NCBI GenBank assembly: GCA_024704765.1
Contig: JAKMXF010000333.1
Coordinates: forward strand, 124,001 to 188,000
Direction: 5' to 3'
DNA from: Oopsacas minuta
Taxonomy: Eukaryota; Animalia; Porifera
DNA: 64,000 nt
A program made the position numbers and the translations under genes. Under the pieces are notes generated by a model, which made no database searches, was not told the origin of the DNA, and worked only from the letters and a program-made list of their open reading frames with translations. Numbering within the stretch: the stretch's first letter is position 1; each line of letters opens with the position of its first letter. Shown here one piece after another: positions 28,601 through 43,600 of this stretch.

Positions 28601-31600
28601 TTAAAGAGAAATACCGGATTGGCCGTATCATCTGGTACAACCTTTCTCTCCATTTCACCAAATACTATTCGAGACAATAATGGGAACCCTGTACAGGCTA
28701 TTTTTGATAACGACGCACTTGAGACGGTTAATTTTATCCCCGACACTTCTCCTCCTATTCTTACAATTGTGGAGATTAGCATGGACACAGGCATCCTCAT
28801 ACTTTCCTTTAATGATCCTGTAGATAGAAATTCTCTTTTGTCGTCAATAGTGTTATTTGCAAACGATACTACTCTCGTTAATACTTACAACCTTACAGCA
28901 GATTCTATCATTTCATCACAGTTAGAAGATGATTTCTATGTACGAATCCAAATTGGAGAATCTGATTTAGATCAACTAAAGATCCGTGGGATTTGTACCA
29001 GTAATATCAGCTGTTTTTTTCAGACTTCTCAAGGTGTTGTCTCTAATTTTGCTGGTCTATCGAGTGTACAGACACTCATCAGATTATGTGATATCTTTAT
29101 TATCGATACTACATGTCCTTATCTAATGGAATTCTCAATTTTAGACCTAAACAGCGGTTATATCCAGCTGACATTTACTGAACCAGTTATCCCTAGTTCC
29201 TTCACTCCATCTAGATTATTCTTACAATCTTCTCTGAGGGAATTACAACGATTTAATTTCATCCAATTATCTTCCGATTATCTGAATTCCATCGCTTCAC
29301 GCGTTCTCACATTTACCATCAATAAGGCCACTCTCTCCAGCATAGTTTTAGATACCCTCCTCTGTACTGATGAGACTAATTGTTATCTCTTGACACAACA
29401 GGGAGCTATCAAAGATACTTCTGACAATGATAACTGTCCTACTACACCCACTAACCTATTTAATGAATTAGGGGTGCAACTGCAATCTCTGTTACCAGAC
29501 ATAACTCGTCCCAACTTGACAAATGTGTGCTTTGACCTAAACAATTGTACTATTATTCTTACGTTTGATGAACCTATCCTCTACGAGTCCATCAATCTAA
29601 CTGCATTGACTATTTATTCTAATGAGTTAGGTTCAGGCTCTAGTTTCTCTCTAACAGGGGGTTATGTATATCCGTTGAATTCTGAAAATATTACTATAGA
29701 GATGGACATTATCGATAAAAACGATCTCAAACGCAACCTCATAATTGCAACCGACTCTTCAAACACATTTTTCTCAATTACCAGTCAATTCGCCACTGAT
29801 CTAGCATTTAATGTATCTACTTCTTCAGATGCGAATCCAGTGAATGCTATTGTACCCCCAATTTTGCTTCCAGTGTCTAAATTTATTCTTGATGACACCC
29901 CTCCCGACTTACTACGATTTGTTCTCAATTTTAATGTTGACATATTGACCTTATCTTTCTCAGAGCCTGTCATTGAGAGTTCTCTGACAATGATGGTTAT
30001 TACCTTTTCTACGTGTCTTATTTCAGAACTAAACCCATTTAACCTGACTGTGGTTAATTATTACACAGATGATCTGATTGAATTTGTTATCTACCTAACT
30101 GATACAGATGTCACTAAATTTAAGCTTTTGGGATATACCCAAAACGATGTCTGTTTATCTATTTATGAAGGTGGAATAATTGACCTGGCTGGAAACTCAA
30201 TACTTATGATAAATAATACTCTAGCTTCTCAAGTGATTTCTGATACAACCAGACCATCTCTGCTCCGATTCACGTTAGATATGCTGAGTGGAGCTCTCAA
30301 CCTCACATTTGATGACACCATGCAAATCTCCACGTTTCAACCTACATCTTATACTATTCAAGATAATGAGTATTCTATCCCAGACAATCAATATACCCTC
30401 ACAGAATCTACTACAATTTTCATGCCTATGGATGCTTACACTATTCAAGTGAAATTATCTAATGAAGATCTTCTTGGGATTCGTTTAATTCCAGGATTGG
30501 CAGAGTCTAATGTCTCTACTTACCTCACGATGCGAGCATCAGCTGTTGATGACTTTGAAGGCATAGATATATTAGCTATCACTAACGGAAAAGCTCTTAA
30601 AGTCTCTTCATTTATCTCAGACAATCTAGCTCCGAGTCTTGTCCAATTTGACTTTTGTCTTGACGTTGGTAAAGTTATTTTATCATTCTCGGACAGCCTT
30701 AACATATCTACATTATTTATTCCGTACATAACACTACAAGATGACGTAACTGCCACTCGTATTCTAAATCTAGCTGGTGGAGAGGCTAATATTACCCAGG
30801 ATGGGAAGACTATCACAATCACTCTCTTAGAATCCGATCATAACAGGTTGTTGTCTGATCCCCTATTTGCAACTAATCGGAACAACACTTTTATAACCAT
30901 TCAGGCTAATGTTATATCAGATCTTGCTGAGAATCCTTTCTCTCCTCCGATTCTTGATGGGAATGCAGTTCAGGCTACAGTTTTTAAAAATGATTCTCTA
31001 CCAGTTGAATTGATAAGTTTTACGTTGGATGTAAACACTGGGGTAATGATGTTAACTTTCTCTGAAACAGTAGTTAATAACAGTTTTGATGCTACTGCTC
31101 TTACTATTCAAGGAAGTGCTAACAGTACAAATGAAGAATATTTTACTTTAACTGTAGATAGTAGTTTCTCTCAACTTGACCTAACAACTGTCCGTGTTTA
31201 TATTGGTAGTAATGATATTGAAGGACTAAAGTCACTACGATCTGTTGCTAAAGTAACCTCCAATACTTACATTTCCCTCGCTAGCCAGCTGATACTAGAT
31301 ACTAGTGGGAATCCAACCAAGATTATACCACTTTCTGACGGACTGCTTGCTAGTAGCTTCACTCCAGACACTGTGGATCCTTTCCTCAGATCATACACTC
31401 TTGATCTCAATATCGGACAAATTATACTCACATTCTCAGAGACTATAGATCCGATCACTCTTATAATTAGCCAACTTAAAATACAGAATAGTGTTGCGTC
31501 GATTGAAAATCAACCAGTAGGAGGTACGTATGCTGACAATACAGCTATTATTCTGAGGATATTTCTCTCCACTGAGTTTTTAGATGATTTAAGATTAGAC

Positions 31601-34600
31601 ACCAATTTAGCTACTTCATCATTAAACACTTTTCTAATTTTTGCTGCTGGAACAATCCAGGATACCTCAGGAAATGATATTGAACAGATTATTAATGGTC
31701 TCGCGGCTGCTGTTGATGTTTATATTGCTGATTCTCAATTCCCTACTTTAGAGTTTTACACCCTTGATATTGACTCTGGTATCCTACTTCTCTCATTCTC
31801 TGAAGCAATCAATACCGCAACTCTAAACCCTGACAAAATAGTTTTGCACAATAATTTAAATTTATCTCTAAGTGACAAGACATACAGTCTCCAATCAAGT
31901 TATTCACTGATACCCTCTCCTACTCTTGTTTTTAATTTAACGCAACGGGACCATTTTAGTATTAAGTTGATTGAAGGCCTTGCTACAGAGTTAGGAAACA
32001 CTTTTCTAACTTTGGAGTCTAATGCTTTGAAAGATTTCGCTGACAACTCTGCCCCAAATTCAACATCTGGATTTGTTCCGTCTCAGTTTACAACCGACAT
32101 TACTCGTCCTTTCCTTGATTCTTTTTTGCTAGACTTAGGTACAAGTCAACTGAATCTCACTTTTGATGAACCTGTGCTAGCTTTCACCCTCAATGTCCCA
32201 TTTATTTCTCTTCAGGATTCTATCTTATCTCCGAATCCTTACACTCTCACCACCAATAGTATCCTTTCTATTTCTGTGAATGGTGTAGTACAATCTATTG
32301 ATTTGAGTAACGATGACTTAAATGCTATAAAGGGTCAAGGGATAGGAACGACAGAAGCTACTACTCTGCTCTCATTTGCCAAGAACATGGTGGAAGATAT
32401 GGTTGGTAATGGAATTCTAGCTCTCCCGAACAGCAATCCTTTAATGGCATCCCAGGTAATCCCAGACGTAGTGGGACCTCTTGTCACCAGATTTGAGCTA
32501 GATCTTAATGATGGAAGGGTCTTGTTGACTTTTAGCGAATCAATTAACATCAGTTCATTTGATCTATCACAATTCACAATTCAGAGCGATGCTTCTAATA
32601 CTCCTTCTGAAAGTGTTGAACTCAGCTACCAAACAAACGAATTCGAAGACTCTATCTTGTCATTAGTCGCAACTATCACAAACACTGATTTGAACAATTT
32701 GAAAATTCTATCTTTGGCTAGTTCCACAAGCGATACATTTATTGTATATACTTCGAATGCTTTTACTGACAGACTTGGAAATCCTGCTACTGTTATTTCT
32801 CCTTTGATTGCTTCACTTATCATTTCCGATAAAAATCGTCCTTCTATGATCAATTTTGACCTCGACTTGGACCAAGGCACGATAACCTTCCATTTTGATG
32901 AAGCAGTTAACTCTAGCACAATTCAAATGCGTGAATTTACTCTACAAGATCAAGATAGTGTCACGAGTTTGTTTGTCAGAGAATTGGACGGAATTCCCCC
33001 AGATCTGTCATCCTCTAATGTCACTATTCTGTTTACAACTGATGTATTAAATGAGATTAAGATTAAGGATCTCTGTACCTCTGTATTTAACTGTTTCATT
33101 CTATTTACTCAGAACGCGGTCAGAGATTTAGCCAATAACCAAGTCAATCCTCAGCTCAGTGGCCTCAACATAAGTATCTTCACTCCAGACACAACTTCAC
33201 CAGTTCTTACTCAATTTATTCTGTTTGATCTTAATAGTGGATTGTTATCACTATCCTTCAATGAAGCTGTTGATGTTTCATCAATCGACTTCACTGGCCT
33301 TCAACTACACAGCTGGTTCCAGCCAATTGTTGCATTTACCCAAATAAACATTACCTCAGGAACTTCTGATAGTGAGAACGGACCTGCTATTAATTTCACG
33401 ATATCTAACGAAGATCTTACTGCAATCAAGGCCAATACTAGGCTCTGTAATATTCAAAATTCTTGTTGGGCTCGAGTCACAAGCAGTTTTATCCAAGATA
33501 CTAATGGACGACCGATTGAAGAACTCCTTACTAATACTGCATTTGTTGATAACGAATACGCTCAGACTCTGCTTCCTGATATAACTTCCCCTCGTGTTCT
33601 TTCTTATAATCTAAGTATGGATACTGGGAATCTTTTTATTTCATTTGATGAACCGGTAAATCCTCAGACGTTAGAGAGAGAAGCTTTAACATTCCAGTCA
33701 GATGCTACTTCTTCTATTAATTACACTCTTACGGGAGGGACTATTGTAGGTGCAGCATATACAACCTTGCTGCAATTTATAATAAGCCCTCAAGATCTGA
33801 TTGAAATTAAAGCAATTGACAACCTAGCCTCCGACCGTCAAACTACCTTTATAACCTATACAGATGAGTTCATAGACGATACCTTTCAGATAGATGCTGA
33901 TTCCGTAACCGGAAACCCTATTGAACCCCGTACAAATGGTCAAGGCCTCCAAATATCATTTTATTTTGCTGACGAAACTCAACCCAATTTAGTCGAATTT
34001 ACACTATTCGATTTGAATACTGGAAGCTTTGTTTTGTTTTTTGACGAGCCTGTGGATATTTCAACTTTTGATTCTTCTAAATTATCTCTACAATCCGAAG
34101 TATCTACTGGAGACGGTCACACATTACTTTCTACTGATGTCGAATTCTCTTCTCTATCTCTGAATAAACTGATTATCTCTATTGCTTTTAGTGCAGAAGA
34201 TGAGAGGGAATTAAAACTCCTTCCCAACCTTGTCTCGTCCATTTCTAATACTTTCATTTACGCATCTAGTGGATTCATAAGTGATAGGTCTGGTAATCCT
34301 GTACACCCAATTTCACAGTCAGCTGCTATACCAGTTGTTCAATTCCTTCCTGACACTACCCCTCCTCGATTGATTGATTTTGATTTTGACCTCAACGAGG
34401 GATTGCTTATCCTAATCTTCAATGATATTATGGACGTTGATAGCTTAAATCCTACTCGAATCACTATCCAGGCTAACATTAGTTCTACGAATACTTATTC
34501 CTTAACTAGTGGTACTTCTAGTATAGAGAATGGATTTGTTGTCAATTTTACTTTATCAGCTTTTGATCTCAACAGGATTAAGGCAACCCGAAATCTTGCT

Positions 34601-37600
34601 GAAGAAATGGAAACTAGTTTCTTGACAATGACATCTGACACAATAACTGACGTAAGTGGAGTAGAAGTTATTTCTATTTCCAGTGGTAACGGTAGACAAG
34701 TGAGAATATTCACACCTGATCAGCTGCCTCCAACTCTTCTGAATTTCACTTTTAGTTTTGAAACCTCTATCCTCGAACTCTCATTCAGTGAGACAGTAGA
34801 TCCCCTCTATTTTAACCCCCAGTCTGTTATTCTACAGAGTGTCCGTAACATCACTGTAGGTAATGCCACTATTTTCCCTCTATCCAGCAATTCAATTCCA
34901 GATTCCGACATACCAAGCAATATTCTCTCTGTCAGATTAACTGAGAATGATCTTAATACAATCAAATCATTGAGAGGTCTAGGCACCATGAGGTCTAATA
35001 CATTCCTTTCCATCAGCTCCGATGCAATTCGTGACATGAGTTCTCTGAATATTATTGAGATTCCGCAAACTGGTGCTCTCCAGGCTTCATCTTTAATTCT
35101 AGACGCTCGTCCTCCAAGCCTTGTTGCTTTTGAATTGGACCTAAACACGAATACCCTAAATTTAAATTTTTCTGAAACCATCTCCGTCTCATCTCTCGAC
35201 CTTAGTAAATTCTTCCTCAGAAGTGGTCAGACTATATTTTCTCAAGAATACGCTCTTACTAATGGAGATATTTCCTCTCATGACTCCCCTTATGTCGTTA
35301 TTTCTCTCTCACTTAATGACTCAAATGCCATCAGGGCTGACAGAATCCTAGCTATTGATGAATCTTCTACCTTCCTCCAAATTTCAACTGATGCCTTCCA
35401 AGATGCAGCTGGTAATATTGGTACCCCTCTAGGAATTAGTCAGGCTATTCAAGGAAGATTTATTGCAGACATTACTGGTCCTACAGTCGTGAGTTATACT
35501 TTAGATCTCAGTTTAAATACTTTAATTCTTAGCTATTCAGAGACAGTAGATCCCCTCACCTTCAATGCTACTCTATTCACATTCCAGAGTTCTCGAGCAA
35601 ACTCAATATCATCTAGAACTCTCATTGGAGGGTCGCTGACCTCTCTTACTCCCTCAGATGTGCTTACTCTCATTCTATTGCCATCTGACGTAGTCTCTCT
35701 TCAAACTGACAGTAACATTGCTACAGCATTGGGGAATACTCACATATCTTATGCCTTAAATGCAACACTAGACATGTCAGGAATAAGTCTACAACCTCGA
35801 GGAACTGATGAAGGGTTACAAGCCAGTCTTGTACTATTAGACACAGTCCCACCAACACTCACTAGTTATTCCCTTGATATGGATGAGGGAATATTAATCC
35901 TATCATTTTCGGAGAATGTTTTAACAGAATCTCTTATTACTAACGCTATCACATTCCAGAGCGAACAAATTTCAACACCTACAACTTCAACGGTTTTACT
36001 AACCGATAGTATTGTTGTTTCAGATGGCATTAGTACCGATATACAAGTCAATTTGAGTACTTTTGATATAATTACCCTAAAATCCATCATTTCTCTTGCT
36101 GATGCTGCATCTACCACACATCTCACTCTATTTACCGATGCTGTTCTTGATATTAGCAACAATGGCATAATAGAGATTACTCCATCTGATGCTCTTTCTA
36201 TTCAGATTTCAGATTTTATTCCCGACACTACACCCCCAGTGTTGGTAGCTTTTAATGCTTATCTCGTTACTGAACCGTTATTGCTTCAGTTGATATTTGA
36301 TGAACCAGTTAATCCCACCAACTTCGTTATAACTCGTGTTGAATTAAATGCAGGATCATCATTCTCCACCACCAATTTCGTATTGACAGTTTCTAGTTCA
36401 TTTACATTAGACGGAAATTTGATAATTGATATTTCTGTTGGCTCCTCAGATTTAGAGGAAATCCGTAACTTATCTCCTCTTCTTCAATACAACAGCACCT
36501 CATTCGTTAGTCTAGAATTTGGAACGACTACTGATAGTGCTGTCATCCCTAACTCTAACTTTCCCATATTCAACTTCACTATTACTAATTACAATGTAGA
36601 TCTTATTCCTCCTCTTTTGTCTAACTTCACCTTGGATTTGGATGTTGGATTGCTTCTGCTAACATTCAATGAACGAATACTTTCAAATACATTCGATCCA
36701 AACATCATTACACTTACCAATAATATTTCTGATTCTTTATTACTCTCATTCTCAACAGCTGATTCCTTTTCTGAGGATATTATTAGAGTTATCCTATCGC
36801 CTGATGAACTAAACCTCATCAAGAATAACTCGTTATTCGCAACTGACATAAATAATACTTATATGAACTTCACTGATGGACTGGTATCGGATGTTGCTGG
36901 TAATGATGCTATATCCTTGCTAACTCCTATTGGAGCTGGTTTCGTTTTTCCTGATATCACTGCCCCTAATCTTTTGTCTTTTGGCTTTAATCTTGACACT
37001 TGTGTCTTTACTCTTCTTTTCGATGAACTTGTCTCTCTAGCATCATTTGACGCTAGATTCGTTACTTTACAAGATTCTAGAGCACAGTTCCCTTCTTTTA
37101 TGTATACCCTCACTGGTGATATGAACCCTTATTTGAGTGGACTTAATTTGTATTTTGAATTGCTCCCAACTGATAAGAATAATATCAAAGCTATCCCTCA
37201 ACTTGCATCTGCAGCATCTAACACTTGGTTGTCTGTTCAGTCTGATCTTATTCAAGATTCTTCAGCTAACTATGTTGCTTCGATTCGACCTAAGAATGCT
37301 ATCCAGGTTAGAAACTTTGCAAGCGATAATATCAATCCACAATTGATCAATTTCGATATTGACCTCAATGTAGGAGAAGTAACCTTGATATTTGATGAGA
37401 CAATGAATATATCTACTCTTATGTCTGCACAGTTTATACTAATCAATGAGAGAGCTATCTTACCTGAAATTTCTCTCTATCTCAATACTTCTAGTGTGGA
37501 GAACTTCCAGCCATCAACCATTGTTTCACTTATTCTTAGCGATGACGAGCTAACTTTCATCAAATTAGCACCAACATTGTGTTCATCTACTCTCGCAGCT

Positions 37601-40600
37601 GATTGTTTCATTTCAGTAGAAGGATCAGCTGCTATATTAGATCAAGTGGGCATGGCTCTACAAGCTGTTCCCAGCACTGAAGCTATACCTGTAAATGCTG
37701 TTACTCAGGACAATACTCCCCCTCTTCTTGTCACCTTTTTGTTATTCGATTATGTAAACAGCTCCATTCGTCTTTTGTTCAATGAACCTGTGAATTCTTC
37801 AACAATGATATTTTCTAAGATTAGAATTCAGAGCCTCTTCTCTGATATATCAGATGCTTATTTCCTTACCACAGGCTTTGACCTTACTCAAGAAAACTCT
37901 GCAATTATTGAAATTGGTATTACTCCATCAGATCTATTTGTTATCCAAGAAAGAATCAATCTCTGCTTTAACCCAGGAAGTTGTTATATATTTTTCCAAC
38001 AAGGTGCAGTTGCTGATGTCAGTGGAAACCTAATCGATGAGTTTAGCTTAATCTTTCCCGGATACCCAGCGTTCTCTCTCCGAGCAGATTCCAGTCCCCC
38101 TTCTCTACTCTCTTACACTATTGACTTGGATGCTGGAATAATATATTTTGTGTTCAGTGAACCAATGCTGGCTTCGTCTCTAGATCCAACCGGTATTACG
38201 ATAGGAACTAGTTCACCTCTTACTAATCCTATTACTCTAACAGGAGGAGTGACGAACTCTTCAGATTCCGATCAGACTATATTCTTATATTTCTCACAAA
38301 CTGACCTTAACTCAATTAAATCTAATATACCATCATTCTCTCCGAATGATACTTACCTTGAATTACAGTCCACAGCTATTTCAGATGTTAACTCAAATCC
38401 TGTCGTTAGCATACTGTCTTCCCCTCTCCTAGTGTCTGATTTCTTCCCAGATAATACTGGACCGACCTTGATTAGTTCTAGTTTAGATTTCAACTCTAAT
38501 CTATTAACTCTCACATTCAACGAACCAATAAATATAACTTCACTGGTTATCTCAGGAATCCAATTATATTCTAACTCGAACGTTACATCTCCTAGTGTTT
38601 CCCTTAATACCACCGCATCCATTCAATCTCTGTCTAATGAGATCGCTACCCTATTACTGTCTTCGTACGATATCACTCAAATTAAATCTACATCAAATCT
38701 TGCTACATCTAAGCTCAATTCTTTTATATTTTTATCAACTAGTTCTATCTCTGATTTCAGTGACAATTTTAATGCAGACATAGGGCCAATCCCTGTGACA
38801 TCATTCATCCCTGATTCATCACGTCCAATCCTAGTATCTTATACCCTAAATATCCAGCCTGGTTTGTTATCCCTTACTTTTGATGACCTTATGAATGTTT
38901 CTACATTTGATGCAACTGCTATCACTATTCAATCTACTATGCTTTCTACCACTGGAAATGTTTATCTATTAACTAACTCGACAGTGGTTGCAACATTTGT
39001 TAACGCTTTTATTGTATCTATTCAACTCTCTGACTATGATCTTCTTAGAATTCGTGACAATACTATGGTGGCGACTAGCGAAAGCAACCTCTTCCTCACT
39101 ATTCAAGCATTTGCTCTCGATAATGTTGATAAAATCGATTTGTTGGCCATTACTGACGGAAAAGCATTGAATGGAACTTTAATATCAGACTTTACTCTTC
39201 CTTTCCTTGATCAATTTATTCTAGATCTAAATGATGGCTCTCTTTACCTTGTGTTTAATGAATTTATTCTAGAATCTTCCTTCAACCTTGCGAGTGGAAT
39301 TACATTACTCGATTCTCCTTCTTCATCAAATATTTTGGAAATCAATACAGGTTCTTCAACGCGTAATCAAGATGGAAAAACATTAGTGATCACACTTACT
39401 TCTGAGGATAGAAATTCGTTAATCCTCAATTCTAACCTTGGTACCTCTACTAACAATACATATATAACTTTCCCGAGTGATATTATCCAAGATTTGTCTT
39501 TCAATTCTATCCTCCAACCATCGATCCCAATCCAAGCATTAGCTATTATTAACGATACTAAATCTCCACAACTTATCGACTTTTATATTGACTTAAATCT
39601 TGGTATTCTCTCTCTAACATTTTCTGAAACAGTTACCACTGAGGTCAATTTCTCTTCGATTTCCTTCCAGTCATTTTCAAGCATATCTCTCTCTGTAGAA
39701 AACTATACACTTAATGATGGTAATCCTCTCTCGACCAGTGGGGTTTCATTTAATATTAGATTTTCAACATCCGATCTGAATGCCCTCAAAGCTAGAACTC
39801 AGCTCGCTACTTCTACATCTAATACTTTCCTCAGTATCCAGGATACTTCTTTTACAGACCCTTCTGGTAACTCTATCATGGAAATTGCAGCTGACTCTGC
39901 ACTAAAGGCATTCGCAGTCATTGAAGATGTCACCAAACCCAACCTATTGAATTTTGATCTTGACATGGATACAGGAATCATCACCTTCACATTTGATGAG
40001 ACTATTTTGGCTTCTAATATTGATTATTCAAAGATCTTGTTATTTTCCAATTTAAACATATTCCAAGCTCAATCAAGATACACCCTTACTGGAGGAGTAG
40101 TTCTTACTGGAAATTCTGATGTATTATCTGTGTCATTGAGTGTAACAGATCTTTTCAATCTTCAAGCAGACACGGTCCTTGCAGTGAACGAGACATCCAC
40201 GTTAATTTACCTTATGGACGATGGTGCACCAAGCGGTTCTTCGTTAGCTTTTGTTGATACTAGCGCAATGATGAATTATGTTATCCGTTCAGCAGGATCT
40301 GATGGTCAAGCTGTAAGGAGTTTTACTCGAGATACATCTGCCCCAATTCTTAATAATTTTATCCTTGACCTTAACACAGGTAATCTTGAGATGGAATTCA
40401 ATGAAGTTGTTCAAGTAAATTCCATTACCAATCTTACTAATTTCATTCTCTATGGTTCTTATAATGTCACAGTTGCTCAGTCTTACAACCTTAGTGGTGG
40501 ATCTGTAACAACCACTTCAAATTCACAGATTATTAAGTTAGTGTTGACTGACTCTACCCTCTCCTCGCTCAAGGCTGATGTTACAATAGCTACTCAGCCT

Positions 40601-43600
40601 AATACGACGTTTTTGAGGATACTTGAAAATGGACTGCTTGACATGGTTGGTAACGGAATAAATTCTACAATTCTTCTACAAGCGTCTCAGGTAATTGTTG
40701 ATGAAGATAACCCAACTCTGAATTCTTTCATTTTAGATCTTAACCTGAATCGAATCTTGCTTACATTTTCTGAGGTGATTAACGCTACTAATTATGATGT
40801 TACTTCTATCACCCTGTACAATCATGGCTCTATTCCTACTACTGACTCAATTCAATTGGATTCTGATAGTCTGATTATATCAAATGTTATATCAGATACT
40901 GTTGATATTCAGCTCAGTTTTGATGATCTAAACAAATTGAAGAATGATTTATCAATAGCGACGAATATCAATGATACATTTATTGCAATCCTTGAAGGCT
41001 CTTTAGGTGATATTTCTCTCAACCTTCTTATCGGTATTGCTATACCTGACCTGTTAGCAGCTTCTGAAGTTTTGGTAGATTCTACCAGTCCTTTTCTTGT
41101 TACATTTGATCTTGACATGAACACTGGCTTGTTAACTCTTGTATTCTCTGAGAGCATAAATGAGGGGTCTCTTCAATCCACTGCTATTACTTTTTACGCT
41201 TCTAACCAAAGCACTGCTGAATCCTACTCTCTCCAAATTTCTTCTATTACAGTATCTAAATCATCTGCAACTACTCTTCAGTTTATTATACCTTCTTCTG
41301 ACCTGAACCAGCTTAAGGTTTCACGTGAATTAGCTTTCTTCTCTAACAACACGTTTATTTCCTATACTTCTGACCTGATAGCTGATACTTCTGGTAATCA
41401 AGCTGAAGCTAAATTACCAGACGACGCAGTTCCTGTTGGAAATTTCACTCGAGACATCTCTTCACCCTTTCTTGTTACATGGGACATGAATATAAACAGT
41501 ACAGGGAATTTCGATCTTCATTTCTCTGAGACAATCGACATTTCCTCTCTAGACCTTTCACAAATCCGTATACAGATATCAGAGTTCGTTCCGGGTGAAG
41601 TAATCCTACTCCCTTCAGTTAGTTTCAAGCCTCTCTTTAATTCCCCCGATGTTACGATAATTTTCAACAACACAGACTTGAATGAAATTAAACGATTACA
41701 ACTATGTACTTCCCAACAAGATTGTTACATTTCGTTTCCTAGCACTGCTCTAAGTGACGTATTTGGTAATATGGTCGTACCTCGTACTGTTAACCAGGGT
41801 CTTCAAGTGGATATGTATATTCCGGATACAACTCCACCAGAATTATCTCAGTTTGTAGAATTCAATAAGAACACTGGGGAGATAATTCTAAGCTTCACAG
41901 AAACAATTAACTCCTCTTCTGTCGAGATATCTAACGTCTATCTTCAAGATTGGTATCAAGATGATACCAATCTCAACTCACTCATTCAACTTTCGCAAGT
42001 AGAAATCCTTACCGCTGATAGTTCAAATCTAAAGATTCGTCTTTCATTAAACGATCTCAATTTCATTAAAGCAGATGATACACTCTGTAATGGCGGTTCT
42101 ACCTGTTGGATCCGATTCTATTCCATGTTTATTGAAGATATGAATGGGAATCCAATTGTCAGTGTACTAAACAACACTATTTTCCAGGATACTGAGTTTG
42201 CTGATATTTTTATTGCTGATACAACACCTCCTAACCTTGTTCTCTTTGAATTTGACCTCAATGAAGGCATATTGTTATTTTCTTTTGATGAGACAGTTGA
42301 TGTCCAATCTTTTGACGCACTCAAAATAACCTTCATCAATTCTGCTGGTAACGTATCTCTGACCCTAACTGGCTCTAATATCCTTACCTCTGGTAATGGT
42401 GTAACCTCCTCTTATCGTCTATTAGTCCCAGATCTGATATCTCTTCAGGCTAATGATGATCTAGTCACGAGTAGTACAACGACATCCATTCTATATACAA
42501 ATTTTATCCAAGATACTAGTTCTAACGATATAGTATCTGTTAACACAAGTGTTCGGGCATCTACTTACACTGATGATTCTACTCCTCCTTTTCTATTGGA
42601 ATTCTCAGAATTAGATATGAACCAAGAGACTATAACATTCTCTTTTAACGAGCCAATTAACGAAAACCTTATCGACTTTTCAGGAATATCTCTTAATGGA
42701 GTACCTAACACTACCTTGGCTACATTAACTGGAGCTAAGTCTATTATTACACTTTTCTTCCGAACAGAAATTATTCTATTTCTGACTGATAATGATGTAC
42801 GCTCTATCAAAATCCAAAGTCCTAACATTGCCACTAGCCAAGCCAATAGTTTTATATCTCTTCAATCATCTGCTTTCCGGGATACTTCAGGGAACCAAGT
42901 AGTTTCCAATTTAGCGCCAATTCAAGTTAGTTCCTTTATTGCTGATACCAAGAGTCCGGAATTGCTATCTTTTGACTTGAACATGAATACTGGTATTTTA
43001 TTGTTGACATTTGATGATTTGATGGACATTTCTACTGTTAGATTCACTGAATTTGGATTCCAAAGTATCAGAAATAATAATCAATCCTCTACGATTGTAT
43101 TTTTAACTGAGGGAACTGTTTTATCATCTCTTGATTATGACATCACCATTCAAATCAGTCCCTCAGACCTTGACCAAATCAAAGGTAGCGGTGTGGCTCT
43201 TTCAATGAACACAACATTTATAGTATTAAGTGCGAATGCAGTGTTAGATGTAGCTGGTGTACTACTAGTACCTATATTAGCTGAAAATTCTCAACGAGTT
43301 ACTAACTTTGTCCGAGATACTACGCTTCCCGAACTGTTATCATTTGTATTTGACCTTAGCCTTGGAGTAATTCAGTTACAATTCTCAGAAGTAGTAGTTA
43401 CTGAATTCCTTGATCCAAGCAATATTATCATGCAATCTACTCGTATACTCTCCTCCTCTACAGAGGTAGTTAGTTTGAATGGTGGTACTCCATCAACTAC
43501 ATTTCCTTCTAGGGAATTCAATCTAACTCTCATTACAGCTGACGTTAACATTATCAAAGGCAATCTTCACATTGGAACCAATAATTTTGATACCTTTCTT

